The notes beneath the pieces are model-generated. The model ran no database searches and had not been told where the DNA came from. It was given only the letters and a program-made list of their open reading frames with translations. Made by a program: the position numbers and the translations under genes. Shown one piece after another: positions 1-14,637 of a stretch of 64,000 bases of DNA (position 1 is the first letter of the stretch; the number at the start of each line of letters is the position of its first letter). The stretch is taken from positions 48,946,072 to 49,010,071 of the forward strand of contig NC_068981.1 in the NCBI RefSeq assembly GCF_001194135.2. Direction: 5' to 3'. Source of the DNA: Octopus bimaculoides (lineage: Eukaryota).

Positions 1-36
<36 letters not shown>
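1..36. repeat. (TG)n microsatellite, truncated by the window edge
   Basis: Perfect TG dinucleotide run read directly from the sequence. Confidence 0.95.
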
Positions 37-37
<1 letters not shown>

Positions 38-659
38 CAAGGCGGTAACTGCCACCTCCAGCTTGACTCTCTCCGGATCAATACAAAATTCCGAGCATTA
101 CACACAATCACTACACTGCTGATGAATCTAATTCAAAGAAAATTGCAAATCTCAACAATTATTATATAACCACTCTAAATCGTAGAAAACATGGATGCCA
201 ACAAATCTTTCAGATTCATCCGATACCATCTGTTTATAGACAAAACAACTTCCTAGAGAAAAGAGAACAGCTTTTCCAACTGTAATATCAGCTATTTCGA
301 AAATTTCCTCTGAAACAAAATTTATACTGACGTAGAACATGCGAAATGCACAATTTTCCTTTTTACCATCAGCACGATATAACCCGAGAAAATAATTAGC
401 AATTATTTTTAAGATTGGGAAATGCGCACGAAATAAATTTGGAAAATAAATGCAGGTAACACCATGGTATAGAAGTATTGCATTTATGAAAACATTACTG
501 TATCGGGATGATCTGAAATGTAAAGAATATTTTCATATTTACTTTCATGTAAAACAAACACACTGATATATATTTCGTATGATGTATAACGCATCAAACA
601 CATTCGGCGATATGTATGACTTAGTAAAGAGAGCGATGTGGCGTAAACGTACATAGCGT

Positions 660-922
660 ATGTTCACCGTCATCACTTAAACGTGATCAATTCACCGTTC
701 TTTTCTTTTTGTCATTTTTATTCAATAGAACAGTTTTTTAACTATTGATGGGGAGATACTACGGATATATTTTCTCGGTAAACTTTCCTCGCGGCGAACT
801 TTCCTCACAGTGAACATTGCTTAATTGTGGACTTCCTTTATTGTAGACTTGCCTCACGGTGAATTGATGGCGGTGAACTTTCCCTACGGTGAAAGGATGG
901 CGGTGAATTTACCTGTAATCAT
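660..922. repeat. Cluster of short subterminal-type repeats (GGTGAA(C/T)TT(T/A)CC-like units), probable end of a non-autonomous DNA transposon
   Basis: Several degenerate copies of cggtgaactttcc / ggcggtgaattt at 778-912, with reverse-complement ttcaccg copies at about 662-698. The family is not identified. Confidence 0.4.
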
Positions 923-3900
923 AGTGTACACATATCCACTACATTTATACAACCTATGCGCAGGATTGCTTTAGTATGAAACCTATGCACTAGTTCCATT
1001 ATCGTTTACAATAGTCCTTTTGATTCGTAACTAATCTTTCCAAAATACATTCCAATCAGAACAAGCAAAAATAGCGCATTGTAAGTTAACATTTAACAAA
1101 AGCTACATGATTAAGGAGAAACGTAAACTATGGAAATTACTTCTTCCGTAAGAGTGACATATTAACAGCGCATTAAGGTACTCTGCAACCCCTAAGTATC
1201 TGGCAACAAATTCAAATTCACCACGAGACACATCACGGTAAATTCCTGGCAATAATGTTGTGACACCATGCTTAGTATCCTTGGTCTGCTATACATCCAC
1301 ACCGTCAAGACAAATTAATAAAAGAACATACGTTTTGGCAAAAATAGCAGCAACATCAATGATCACATTAACTTCAAATGTTTTGCTTCACTGCACATTA
1401 CAAATATAAGTTCAGTGAAATAGAAATAGCCCCATTCTAACAAAATTTTCTTTCTACGTCTCTACGGTGTACTCCCATCACACCCGAGCGACCGGAAGAT
1501 CTACGTTAGTAGCTAAACATTCCTCCGAATACTGTCTTAGGAAGAAACGCAACAAATAACATTGTAGTACAAAAAGAAATTAAAAAAAAAACAATGTAGC
1601 CAAAAATATTCAAAAAGCTTGGAGAGTCGCAGATAGAATGCATATTAACATGTCTACCTGAAGAAACATGCAGGTATCCAACAAAATCAACAATGCCAAT
1701 ATGATAAGTATATAACAAAAGTGTCAGTGAAGAAAATATATGACCGCTCTAACGGAATTTCTACTACAAGTTTAACAGTTAGAAATAACTATATGTGCTG
1801 TGTGAATTTACATTTGCGGAATCCATGGATTACCCTCCGTTATCTGATGAACGAACAATATGCAATAGCTCTGTTTAATCATCTCTTGCTAAAAAGTACT
1901 AGATAAGTTCACAATCACAAACGCTGATTCATGTGCGGGCACACTTACATATAATATATGATTCAGGGCTAGCTGCCATATATGAAAACTGTGTACAAAC
2001 TGGAAACTGTGTGAAATCTCCGCTGACAGCTCACTACTTAATTTATGTTTCTTGCTATGAATTTAGGCGGAAAAGTCTTGTGATGTCGCTTTGATGTAGT
2101 GATTAGCAGAGGTATACATTTTACAGCAGACACGGTTTCCGAATGCTGTAAGACATATTACAACTTTCGTCGTACTTCTTTACACATACATACGTACTTC
2201 ACCCCCCCCCACACACACACATATACATTGTATATATACATATACAATGTTGTATTTTGGAGCAAGACAGGTAATTACACATTGCTCTAGTCTGCTCAGT
2301 TACACTCGAGTGCTTTTGTAGCCCTCTCTAAATGTACCTGTTGCATGCTACACGTAGTAATCGATGAACATTTAAAGGGTGGAGCAGGATTTGTTTCTGC
2401 TAGCGTCTACTTAGTTATGTAAAGCTATTGATGACACTGATGGAGATGCTACAATATTGTCTTCTATACTTAAAGACGAGAAAACAAACACGGATTAATG
2501 AAAGTAAAATAGAAATTTGTGCATGAATCTAATTGAAAATTTAAATATTAAAAAGAAAAACATTATTGAGAAAATAGGATACAATCAACGCCCCAAAAAT
2601 CGCAAGTACAAACATGAGTATATCTTCAGAGAGAGAGATTAGATGAAGTTGTCTACATACGTATCTTACTCATAGACACTAAAGAAACATTGACACCGCT
2701 ACACGATCCATTAATGGTCCTAAAGTGTTTACAATCAGAGGAAAGAAGAACTTATATGTGATTTTCTGTAGGTATTTCTTCGTTGACTCTAATGAGGGAA
2801 TTACACCAATAAGATTGAGGAGCCACATCAGATGTTTTGAAAATATATATTGAAAGTCAACTGTTAAAATCTTGAACGCGTTTAGTTTTAATGTTATTGG
2901 GCGTTCTAAAAGACATTGTTGTGGAATAGTTTAGAAGTTCTCGAAATAGTTTGGATGTTTTTTTTTTTTTATTTTCAATAAACCATTTACATGGTTGTGC
3001 TTATTTTGCACTAAATATATATTTAAAACCTACTTCTTTTTTAAGAATTTTTCTTCACATACGCACAGAATCGAACAACTGTTGCACCACAGGTATGCGC
3101 ATTCACACGGATTGGTATACATGCAAGGAGGGGGATATAAATATCAAATGGTATTCACCTAAGGTAGTGTGCACTGAAATGAATACTTTATAATTGAATG
3201 TCTTATCGTAATATTTAAACTACATTTGAGAATTTCGACTAGCAATCAGCTTGTAGTATATCTGTATAGAAGTTTTGAAATAACTTTGCCAATTAACAAA
3301 GTAGACATCTCTTTGAAAGGGTAAGGAGTAATCACCTATGTAGTATCAGGCAAATATTACTTAAATAATATACTACTATTCCACAAGAGGAATGATGTAT
3401 TGCCTGTAATTCTATTTCTTGTGTTTTGCTATACACGGGATGCACATAGTGATACGACTCTACCTAGACTGTTCAACCAGAGTTGACATGGGGTTAAAAT
3501 TGCTAACAATAACACCAAATAGATTTCAGAAACCTACTGCTGTTTAGCAGAGACTTGAAGCAAGGTTATATTTATTGAGCTTGATATCACGTATGCAGAT
3601 CGATATTTAACCAGACTAGCTAAGAGTCAACAGGAGAACAAACGAATAATTAGCCTTGAAAGTTAAATCTTCGAGGAAGATATCACTGAACACATTATAT
3701 TCAATATATATTGAATGAGAATATTTGATGAAAATATATAGATATTGAGAAACACACACATTCAAACGCATATGTTAAACGCACATATTCTCGTGCATAT
3801 GCTTATGTCAAGCACATACGTACATTTGAATTGAGTTACAGAAAAACAACTCATCTAAATACATATATTAAAAGGAGACACACATATTCACATATCACTC

Positions 3901-5758
3901 AACACATACACTTTGAAGGCTATCGAATTATATCATGAGAAATCGAACAAATATAGTAATCGCCAGTGAAACAAAATGTGGAAACGACTGCTCAAAACAA
4001 ACACACACACACAAACACACACACACACACACGCACATATACTCACACACGCCCACAGACACACACTAGCACACAGAGTCACATATACATACACGTGCAC
4101 ATGTATCTAAATATATGTGTAAGTGAGTATGCCTACGTCTCTGTGTAACTGAATGACTGTATTAACTCACCGTTCTTTGGGGAGTATGAATGAAAAAAGA
4201 AATAACTGACACTATTTTGTATTATTTATCATGAAATATTGAGATGTCTGTGTCGATATTTTCAAAGATAAATATTCAAAGGGTGGATGTTTCCTATATT
4301 TTTCCCGAGCGAGTTGCTTTCTGTTTGAACGAGTCAGCTGTCTACAGCTCAGAACTTCGAGTTGTAAATCTCATGTTGTTGTTGTTGGTTGTAGTTGTTG
4401 CTGTGATTGTTGTGGTGGTGGCGATGGGGTTGAGAACGTGTTTGTTTAGTCACAGATCGACCATGGAATGTTTTATACCCTCCTACAATGGTGAGATGAA
4501 GAAAGGAAGTGATACTCCACAGCAAAACTTTGTTCGAATATTTTCGAAATAAATTTTTCCTCTATGTCACCTAAGAGACGGATTTGGGTGCCAAAGCAAC
4601 CACCGATTTAATTTAACAAGTTCAGCTTCATGCAGTCGTAAATTGTTGACTAATTTTTGTTGAAGTAACTTTCTCACTTATCGTGAAGCGGTATTGAACT
4701 GGATATACCATAGAAGCAAACCAAACATCGTACTCTCACTGCACACCACACAATGGTATGCTTCGCGCATTGCATCGAATTAAAAAAAATATAATGCAAA
4801 GGCAAGTGATTTCGACTGACAATTCGTTTTACAAACACTCCACTAGATGTCGAAATAGCAGCTGTAACATTGGTATCTGTTGATAGTATACTCTACAACT
4901 TTATTTCTACAATATTGGACAATCACGAGTTAAATTATGATCGACGATGTATCAGCTATGAAGATTGCTGTCTTTCATATCAACTTATTATATCTAGAAG
5001 TGGGATATAATTTTATTGATTATTACCTGCTATTTCTGATAAATTTGTCAGGCCAGAGATATTGCCTTTTTTACATGACATAATAAGTGATTGACTATTG
5101 TGTTTTATGGCATTCCCTGAATTCTCTGAGGTCTTTAAAATTTTAAATTGAGTGAACTTCCCGGAAATAAAATGAAATTATCTACAATGTTCATTTAGAT
5201 AGGGTCTTCTCCCTTCTACATACTCCCAGACTCTCTCATTCCGTCTGTCTGCCACAATATATGCTTCGATCACAATATATTTTACAAGTATGCGAGTAGC
5301 TAATACTATATGGTTCCTTATGAAATATGATTAGTGAAAATTTAAACTAGGTAGTACTTTTCCTAGACCATAATATCTTCGCAGTCACATCGTATTATAT
5401 GAAGTTCAGTACGATTATAATTATGTATTTCGAAATATTGACTACCGCTGTAAGTGCGTAGCTGCATGTGATTATCGGGTGTTTCCTTTACAATTGGATC
5501 CTACCTACTCGGTTTCACACCTATCCTTTCTTTTTCTCCTCTCACAATTCCTCTTCGAGCTACAACCTGTTCAAGCTTACTCAAAAGCTTTCACTTAGAG
5601 GTGTAGGTAGAATGAATTCAAAGTCTTTAGATTTTAAACTCACCGAAACAATAGTAAATCTGGACTCCATGGTGGATGAGAAGATTTCCGTGTTTAATAA
5701 CACTTTGACATATTCCATTTATTGTTTACGTATTCCATTTCGGGTTTCTTTCCTTCAA

Positions 5759-5796
<38 letters not shown>

Positions 5797-6195
5797 TNNN
5801 NNNNNNNNNNNNNNNNNNNNNNNNNNNNNNNNNNNNNNNNNNNNNNNNNNNNNNNNNNNNNNNNNNNNNNNNNNNNNNNNNNNNNNNNNNNNNNNNNNNN
5901 NNNNNNNNNNNNNNNNNNNNNNNNNNNNNNNNNNNNNNNNNNNNNNNNNNNNNNNNNNNNNNNNNNNNNNNNNNNNNNNNNNNNNNNNNNNNNNNNNNNN
6001 NNNNNNNNNNNNNNNNNNNNNNNNNNNNNNNNNNNNNNNNNNNNNNNNNNNNNNNNNNNNNNNNNNNNNNNNNNNNNNNNNNNNNNNNNNNNNNNNNNNN
6101 NNNNNNNNNNNNNNNNNNNNNNNNNNNNNNNNNNNNNNNNNNNNNNNNNNNNNNNNNNNNNNNNNNNNNNNNNNNNNNNNNNNNNNNNNNNNNNN

Positions 6196-6234
<39 letters not shown>

Positions 6235-9200
6235 CTACACACATGCATGTCTGTATGTGTTTGTGTGTTTGCGCGTGTGCGGGGGGTGTGCGTGTGTAAG
6301 TATGTACGTAAGCTGTACATATGAACACTTTTTGATATTGCTTTTACGAGCAGAAAGTCGAATGTAGAGTCACTACAAAAACTAAGTTTACATGAATACA
6401 GAAAACATTAGGACATATTTATTTTATTGTTTCTATTTTCTCTGAAAATACGCGATGGTTTTCGATGTTTCTTTGAAAATATCGATGATATTGATTTGCT
6501 GTGTAACATTATGTATTATTAGCTTTGTCATGTCACCAAATAGCAAATCTTTGAATGAAACACACTGTACGGCGCTTTTTGGTCTGCTAGAAATAACAAT
6601 ACAATTCTTGATTTGCATACACAATGAAGGATCATATATAGGAATGCTTAGTTTAATAGAAAGGATGGCAAAAGCTGTCCCAAAATCTCTTTATAGCTTT
6701 AAGAAAAGGGGGAAATAATGAAGGCATTGCGAGGAAGCTATAATAATGAATGTTTATATGCAAGCAAACAATTTTTGTTAGGATTTGTAATACTTACGCA
6801 GCTCAGGAATTAGGATACCGAAATTTTAAGTGACAATATTTATTGCTGAGTTCAAATATTAATGTGGTCTTAGCTTCAGGATGTCAGTGATTTCGAAAAT
6901 ATGTTGAATGCAAGCAGAGCTGTATTCAGTTGGAAGTTTTGAAATATTTGCATAACATGTTCATAGTATATAGGTATGCACGTATACCAGAGTCGTACTT
7001 ATTTACTTTACTAAGTATTTGGTGTCACCTCGGTAAAAGAAAAGAAAGTTCGACGTGTATTTACTACTGCATATTGAAGAATTTTAAATAAACTGGTAAC
7101 TTAAAACTGTGATTTGATAATTTATTAGCTTAGGTTAGAATTAGATCTAAAAGGAGAAATGAATCATTAAAAGGGTCAAAGGTGAGCTAAAAAAAAAAGG
7201 CCTATAATTAAGAATAGTGTCTATTTTGCATTATGGTTGTCAGGCTGTTCTTGATTTGTAGTTAAGCTATTGTTTTGGTTTCGTTTTGATTATATTCATA
7301 TAACAGTGCAATTGATAATGATGCGAAACATTATCAAATATACAATTGCAACCATTCCTCTAGAAGAAAGTTGTTTTTTTGTAAATTATTTTCAATTATA
7401 TTACTGGAGATATATTGAGAAGATATCTGCAAATAGCCGTTGGGAAATTGTTCGAGCCAATTTAATTTGTTGATGTTTTATATGAAAAACAAGTATAATA
7501 AACCATGAGATTTTACGTATATTTTCGCTGCGAACATATATGTAATACAAAATAATGCATAATATTTCTAATGTGGAACATAAAAAAACAATGAAAATGA
7601 GGATTTAAATAAATGACTGTATTCATATGTTAAGAAATCGGTAAAACAAAACAGTTTTGAATTTTCAGGTTGGAAGTTTAATAAATAAATAAATACATAA
7701 ATAAATAGATAAATAAATAAATAAATAATGAAGGAATGAATGAATGCATAACCAACTAAAGTGAATAACATATATGAACAAAAAAAAAATAAATGCAATA
7801 TATGGGCATTTGAATGTTATAGAGATTAATAAATTACCTTAAAACATTTAAAATGATCTTATATCAATAGGTATTACTTATTCTAAGAATAATTCCTTTC
7901 CCACAAAATAAAGACTAAGACATAAAATGAAAGAAAATAAAGTGCAAATATTCGGCATATCTGGTGGAAATAGTTTTCGCTATATGAAATAATTCTCTTC
8001 CATATAAGATTTAGACGTATATTTATGTGTATTTATATGCTTGTATTTATTTTTGTCTATTGGAATATCAGGTGATGTTGGATTTGAAATTTAATTAAAC
8101 ATGAGATGTATTATACAAAGTTCACGTTATTGACATTATAAAATTTCAAATTTGAATATAATTGGTTAAGCAAAAAGACACGAATTTTCTTATTCATTTC
8201 TATATACTTTTTTCAATACCAAACGAATAAACAAAATCAAACACAAAACAGAAGTTATATTGCATTTGTATGACTTAATGTGATTTGCTTAATATAAAAG
8301 AGATTTCTTCTATTTCCTGTTAAGCTGACAACAGGAAGAGATATTTGATACTTATGGTCGAAGAGAGAACTGTAGCGGAGAAGAGAATTGTAGACACCCA
8401 TACATATAGCAACAGCAGGCGTATATGCATGCTCACACACACATATATACATGCGCATATATACGTGCATGTATGTATATAAACACGCAGACACACACAT
8501 ATATTTATAAGTATGCATATATGTAAGTGTGTGTGTGTGTGCCTGTCTGCGCGTGTGTGTGTTTGTGCGTGTGTTTGTGTTTGTACTTGAGTGTTGTTGT
8601 TGACATGTGGGGATCAGACGGTAGAGGAAGTCGATAATCTAGTGTTGTTTCACCTTGACCATGTTTTAAACAACGAGAAAAAGGGGCAGGCTTTGAACTG
8701 AGAAGGCAGAAACCGAACATATTCGGCATTAACACTCACAGAAATATATGAGAAAACAGCTATATTTATTTTGAGTCTAGAAGACTTTCATCGAAATTGA
8801 ATAAAAATAATAAAAGTTAACATCAACGATAAACGCACAAACACGCACGCGCATACAAACACACACACATACACATCCATGCACACACGTGAACACACAC
8901 ACATATACATGCATACCAGTCGAGTAGCCCGTGGTTGCCGGGGAATTTTCATAATAGAGTTACTTCATTTCAGTTCTTTTATTCTATGTCATCCCTAACG
9001 GATCCGCGCCTCTTGATCATGAAGAATTTTCACATTTGGGGCAATTTTTATTGTATCGATTCATCAATTGGTTTTTGTTTTTCTACTTGGTGCATAGATG
9101 TAAATATTTTTCTTACTATCTACTCTTGAACATCTAACGCAAAACCGACTATGGGTGAAGCAAGGTTCTTCAAGTTCTAAACTGGCAACCGAAACTGTCT

Positions 9201-9412
9201 GCCCTGGCGTTTTCTTGATGGCCATCACAACTAATACTCAATGGAGATAGAATTCATTTGAATAGAAATTGAGCAGCCCTTGGATCTGTGTGACCGAGAT
9301 TCTTGTGCACCTCTCATCTAATCGATGCAATCTATGCTCGGAGAGAACCGATACATACAGTAGATGGTTTTTGTTGCTGTCACAAAATTTAATATTTCAA
9401 AATTAATTGAAA

Positions 9413-10352
9413 NNNNNNNNNNNNNNNNNNNNNNNNNNNNNNNNNNNNNNNNNNNNNNNNNNNNNNNNNNNNNNNNNNNNNNNNNNNNNNNNNNNNNNNN
9501 NNNNNNNNNNNNNNNNNNNNNNNNNNNNNNNNNNNNNNNNNNNNNNNNNNNNNNNNNNNNNNNNNNNNNNNNNNNNNNNNNNNNNNNNNNNNNNNNNNNN
9601 NNNNNNNNNNNNNNNNNNNNNNNNNNNNNNNNNNNNNNNNNNNNNNNNNNNNNNNNNNNNNNNNNNNNNNNNNNNNNNNNNNNNNNNNNNNNNNNNNNNN
9701 NNNNNNNNNNNNNNNNNNNNNNNNNNNNNNNNNNNNNNNNNNNNNNNNNNNNNNNNNNNNNNNNNNNNNNNNNNNNNNNNNNNNNNNNNNNNNNNNNNNN
9801 NNNNNNNNNNNNNNNNNNNNNNNNNNNNNNNNNNNNNNNNNNNNNNNNNNNNNNNNNNNNNNNNNNNNNNNNNNNNNNNNNNNNNNNNNNNNNNNNNNNN
9901 NNNNNNNNNNNNNNNNNNNNNNNNNNNNNNNNNNNNNNNNNNNNNNNNNNNNNNNNNNNNNNNNNNNNNNNNNNNNNNNNNNNNNNNNNNNNNNNNNNNN
10001 NNNNNNNNNNNNNNNNNNNNNNNNNNNNNNNNNNNNNNNNNNNNNNNNNNNNNNNNNNNNNNNNNNNNNNNNNNNNNNNNNNNNNNNNNNNNNNNNNNNN
10101 NNNNNNNNNNNNNNNNNNNNNNNNNNNNNNNNNNNNNNNNNNNNNNNNNNNNNNNNNNNNNNNNNNNNNNNNNNNNNNNNNNNNNNNNNNNNNNNNNNNN
10201 NNNNNNNNNNNNNNNNNNNNNNNNNNNNNNNNNNNNNNNNNNNNNNNNNNNNNNNNNNNNNNNNNNNNNNNNNNNNNNNNNNNNNNNNNNNNNNNNNNNN
10301 NNNNNNNNNNNNNNNNNNNNNNNNNNNNNNNNNNNNNNNNNNNNNNNNNNNN
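9413..10352. other. Assembly gap (largest of about 15 long N-runs in the window)
   Basis: Run of N. Most other gaps are flanked by (TA)n, typical of short-read scaffolding breaks. Confidence 0.99.
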
Positions 10353-10499
10353 GCTTTTGTATTGTTGATAATTGTAGAAATTTTAGATAATTAAAAAGGA
10401 GTTTGTAGAGTTCTTAACTACAGTGCAGTTTGTTCGTTTAAGTGCCATTTGTAGTAATATACGTTGAAGTTCATAAGATATTATCATTTCAGCGGTTTT

Positions 10500-11150
10500 A
10501 GAAAGGCTTCAAATTTTGAGGGTAGTATGTTTTTCCGGAAGAGATTAATTCAGTTTCAGTTCAATATTTTGTCTTAAAGAAGAGATTATCTTATGATTCT
10601 TTCGTTATAATTGGAAGCTATTAATATTTTGTTGGTATATTCGTGAAAGGAGCAAAAATTTCCGGTTAATGATAAATAAATTGGATTGTTTTAAATTTAA
10701 TGTCCATGTATGTTTTGATAGTGATGTGTCTTCTTTCCAGTTTTGGCGAAAAGCAAGTGGGCGTTGCTTCATTGGGTTTTGAATAGTATACATTTGATCT
10801 ACAGCCATTGTATGTGAATGGGCTTGGTGGCGTAGCCATTGTGGATCATGTTTCAATAATATCGGTCATGAGGCAATTTCCGTTGAGAGGACAGGAGGAG
10901 GTTTTGTTACATTTGTATTTAGTGTTCTGTGTGCATTATTGGCTTTTCTCCCCCGAAAGATTCTGATGGTTACAATTAGCTACAGTTCTTCGGGATTTTA
11001 AGTTGTCCTGTATGATATTTGTTTTATTTTGTGGTACTTCCTGTAGGGGCTGAAATGTATTTCGAATATTCTTGCTATTGATGAGGAAACTTGTGTGTTG
11101 AAATAGAAACTGTTACGATGTGGTGTTTTACACATGCAAAATGTGTGGCC
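10500..11150 (-). mobile_element. Degenerate Penelope-like element fragment (C-terminal linker plus GIY-YIG endonuclease region)
   Basis: Minus-strand translation across frameshifts gives YHKI, KCNKTSSCPLNGNCLMTDII (Cys-rich linker CNC..CPLNG.CL), TSLSKHTWTL (LSKHIW.LK) and LN.KTELISS (LNKR.ELIS). These motifs are typical of PLE GIY-YIG C-termini. Confidence 0.7.
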
Positions 11151-12424
11151 ATTGTTTTGACTGTAGCTGTGTATCTACTCAAGTAGCCACGATATGTTCT
11201 TGGTACTGGATACAGTGTATCTTTCTATACCCGAAAAGTAATACCCGCTTTTTCTATCGTGCTATCGCAGATAGCTCTGTATGACACCACATTTGAAAAG
11301 TCTACCTAGACTGTGACTCGAACTTGAGTATAACACGTAATTAACACTTAACCCCAACTGAGAAATCGCACAAAGACACTACAACAACTGACACACTACT
11401 CCCTTTACTAGTTGACGCCGTCTCACTTTATAGTGTTTGGTTCATACCGCTGTCCCGCAGGAGGCGTGTACCATTTCCACAACAACTGAAACTGAACCAG
11501 ATTTTTTTCCTTTTTCTAATATTATGTTATTCTCTGCTTATTGTTGACGTAGAAAATTTAGTGAATAATTAACCATTGGAGATTTTATTACATTTTTAAT
11601 TGTATTTCTGGTATGAATGGATTTTCTATGTATTTCCTGAATGTTTTCATTTTCCTTTTATATGGTTTATAAATAGCAGATTCTTAGTCTCTGATGACGT
11701 TAAGATCGCTGATTTAAAATTTGCCTAATTCAGTTGAGAATATTAAGTTTTGAAACAAGAGATTTCATTGCTTAAATAATTTACCTCTTTTTATTGGTTG
11801 TTGTCACTTTGTAGGGCCGAAAATTGCTTACACCTGCAGTGACATTTGACGGCATAACACTATCTAAAATTTCGTTAGCATTTTACTTAACTCTGCGCAT
11901 AATGTTGCCGAAGTCGCGCAAGTCGAAACTTTAATGCACATTACAGTCAACCGCTTCATTCTAAATGTTATAGATGCATGAAATATAATAAAATAAATCA
12001 TTTATACATGTTTATTANNNNNNNNNNNNNNNNNNNNNNNNNNNNNNNNNNNNNNNNNNNNNNNNNNNNNNNNNNNNNNNNNNNNNNNNNNNNNNNNNNN
12101 NNNNNNNNNNNNNNNNNNNNNNNNNNNNNNNNNNNNNNNNNNNNNNNNNNNNNNNNNNNNNNNNNNNNNNNNNNNNNNNNNNNNNNNNNNNNNNNNNNNN
12201 NNNNNNNNNNNNNNNNNNNNNNNNNNNNNNNNNNNNNNNNNNNNNNNNNNNNNNNNNNNNNNNNNNNNNNNNNNNNNNNNNNNNNNNNNNNNNNNNNNNN
12301 NNNNNNNNNNNNNNNNNNNNNATATATATACATACATACATGCATACATACATACACATATAGGGAGGGTGCATGGCTTCGTAGTCATGGTTTTGCATTC
12401 ACGATCTAGTGATCATCATTTCTA

Positions 12425-12880
12425 TTTCTAAATGGAAACGAAAATTGAAAAGGAGTACATCAGAATGGTGGGGAAGTTAATGATGTCAAAGCTAAATAGT
12501 CCGAATCTACTGAAGGCTGTAAATACTTCGGCAGTATCTTTACTTAGATATTCAGCAGCTTTTGTAGATTGGACAAAAACTGAATTAACAAAGCTAGACA
12601 GAAGAACTAGGAGAAAGTTCCAGATATAGCCCCAAAGGATGTAAAAGTATGAGAAGTATAGAAAAAATAGCAATGTGCAAGACCAGGCTATTGAATTACC
12701 GAGACTATGGCAAGTGCGGGTAGAATGTATCCCAGTAGTTATAGATGCATTGGGAACTATCCCTAAATATCTCAACAAATGGATAGAGGAAATAGGCATA
12801 GAAGCCAGTTTAGTACAGCTACAGAAAACAGTGTTATTATGTAAATCTATGACTGTGAGGAGTTTTCGTGTTATCTAAAG
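12425..12880 (+). mobile_element. Internally deleted R4/Dong-clade (RLE-type) non-LTR retrotransposon fragment
   Basis: ORF 12432-12629 KLNSPNLLKAVNTSAVSLLRYSAAFVDWTKTELTKLDRRTRR matches the post-RT motif (AINT.AV..LRYS...DW...EL..LDR.TRK). It is fused via PDI to ORF 12675-12878 CIPVVIDALGTIPKYLNKWIEEIGI...LQKTVLL, which matches the RLE C-terminus (PVVIGALG.IPK.L...LQK.VLL). Confidence 0.8.
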
Positions 12881-12986
12881 ATACTTGCTGTAACCCATGT
12901 GGGTGGTTCTTGACATCTAAAGCTACTTCTTTTAGCTTGATGTTAGCATTGATTTTTTTGTCCAAAGATCTAGTCTGTTGAGTGTA

Positions 12987-13011
12987 TAATAATAATTATA
13001 ATAATAATAAT

Positions 13012-13077
<66 letters not shown>

Positions 13078-13103
13078 AAGAAGAAAAAGAAGACACCTAT
13101 TAA

Positions 13104-13153
<50 letters not shown>
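12987..13153. repeat. Compound trinucleotide microsatellite (AAT)n-(AAG)n-(ACT)n
   Basis: Read directly from the sequence. Confidence 0.95.
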
Positions 13154-13583
13154 ATATATATATATATCACCCTATCTATGTATGTCTGTTTGTGTGTGTT
13201 CGTGTATGTGTGTATACGACGAGGGCCCGACTGTGCTGTAAAGAAACAGAGAGAGCAACATTGGACAAAAATTACTAAAACATATATCATTTAACACAAA
13301 CCTAGTTATCGTCATATATTGGCAATAACAGAAGTGGATCAGCGCAACTGACAAGATTGTTCTATGCACTGTAATGATAGCCCCAGAACATTCATATTTT
13401 TGCATTTATGAAAGTACTTCAAAAATATTTTGAGGCTATGATTGAATATTTCCATTTGACTATGCATACATAACCATTTACAACAAAATCTTTGAAGAGG
13501 CTATTGAGTAATGTTGCAGACATTCTTATTTAGGCCGACGAACTATTACATACGAGAATTCATTAGTGCACGTATAAAATAAG

Positions 13584-14484
13584 CTAGCAGACATACCCGG
13601 CGTTGCTCAGTATTAAAATGGCATAGTTTATATTATATATATTACAGTTATTTTGAAACAGCTCATATGGGAAAATGCAGCATTGACAGCAAAACCTATG
13701 TGGAGCAAATGATGGGCAAATTCGACTGAATGACATGCTATGCGTCCGTTTGGAGTATTCCAGGCCCGAAACTGTCATGGAAAATTTGGAGTGAGGTTTT
13801 AGGTGATTTTGAAGGCACCAAAAATCTGCTATTGGACATACTCGATTTTGCCACAGCCAGCGCTGCGTCTAACGCCCCATCGTCTAAAGTTTTGAGACCG
13901 AATGAATGGATGGGTTTTACTTGATTAGTATTGATATGTAACGACATTGTCATCAATTATAATAGTTTTTGCAATGAATCGATGTGAATGACTCCATAAA
14001 ATAAGTCGAGTGGAGTTAGATTCTGTCTAGTTGGACAGAGGTTGTTGAATGGGAAACGACCGTACACCATACACGGTTTTCGGGAATGAACGATGAAGCA
14101 CAAAATCAAATGTTAATGTAAGGGTTAATATCTCGGTTTGTTTTTGTTAATATGAGACTGTAAATGTGCAATGAACGTAAGACATTGTTATGAACCCGAA
14201 GAATAAAAGTGAAACATAGATGTTATTCTTTCACTCTTGACCTGTAATAGCGAACGTTGTGTAAAAAATTGCTCCGGACCGCATTAGGCAAGACGTTGAA
14301 AGCGTTTTTGGCCCCGGACACTCCACTCCATGGACCGTATATAATGTACGTGTAAAATTTGAACGAAATCGGTTGTGTAGTTCTCTAGTTTTAGGGATTC
14401 ACACAGACAGCCACAGCGACAGACAGACTCACAGACAGACAGTCTCACAGACAGACACACATTCTCAGTTTTATATATTAAGAT
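13584..14484 (+). mobile_element. Non-autonomous Helitron/Helentron-type element (HINE/DINE-1-like)
   Basis: Starts ctagcagacatacccggcgttgctc and ends with aaatttgaacgaaatcggttgtgtagttct, an (acag)n tract and ttttatatattaagat. This terminal architecture is characteristic of DINE-1/HINE-like elements. Confidence 0.6.
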
Positions 14485-14603
14485 ATATGTATGAGTGTGT
14501 GAGTGTCTGGGTGTGTGTGTGTGTCTGTGTGTGCGTGTGTGTGCATTGAGGAGTGAATAAGGCGATACATTGATATGCGCATATCTATCTACCTATATAT
14601 CAA

Positions 14604-14637
<34 letters not shown>

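Noticed and set aside
152-1720. Short ORFs (152-340, 1506-1718) with protein-like composition
   Set aside because: No recognisable domain and no convincing splice-site pairs; they cannot be supported without homology searches.
5590-5670. GGTG...CACC-GAAAC-AATA-GTA arrangement
   Set aside because: The upstream core reads CTTAGA rather than CTGANGA and stem I does not pair.
11686-11770. CTGATGA core followed distantly by GAAAC
   Set aside because: No convincing stem II and no cleavage triplet, so probably chance.
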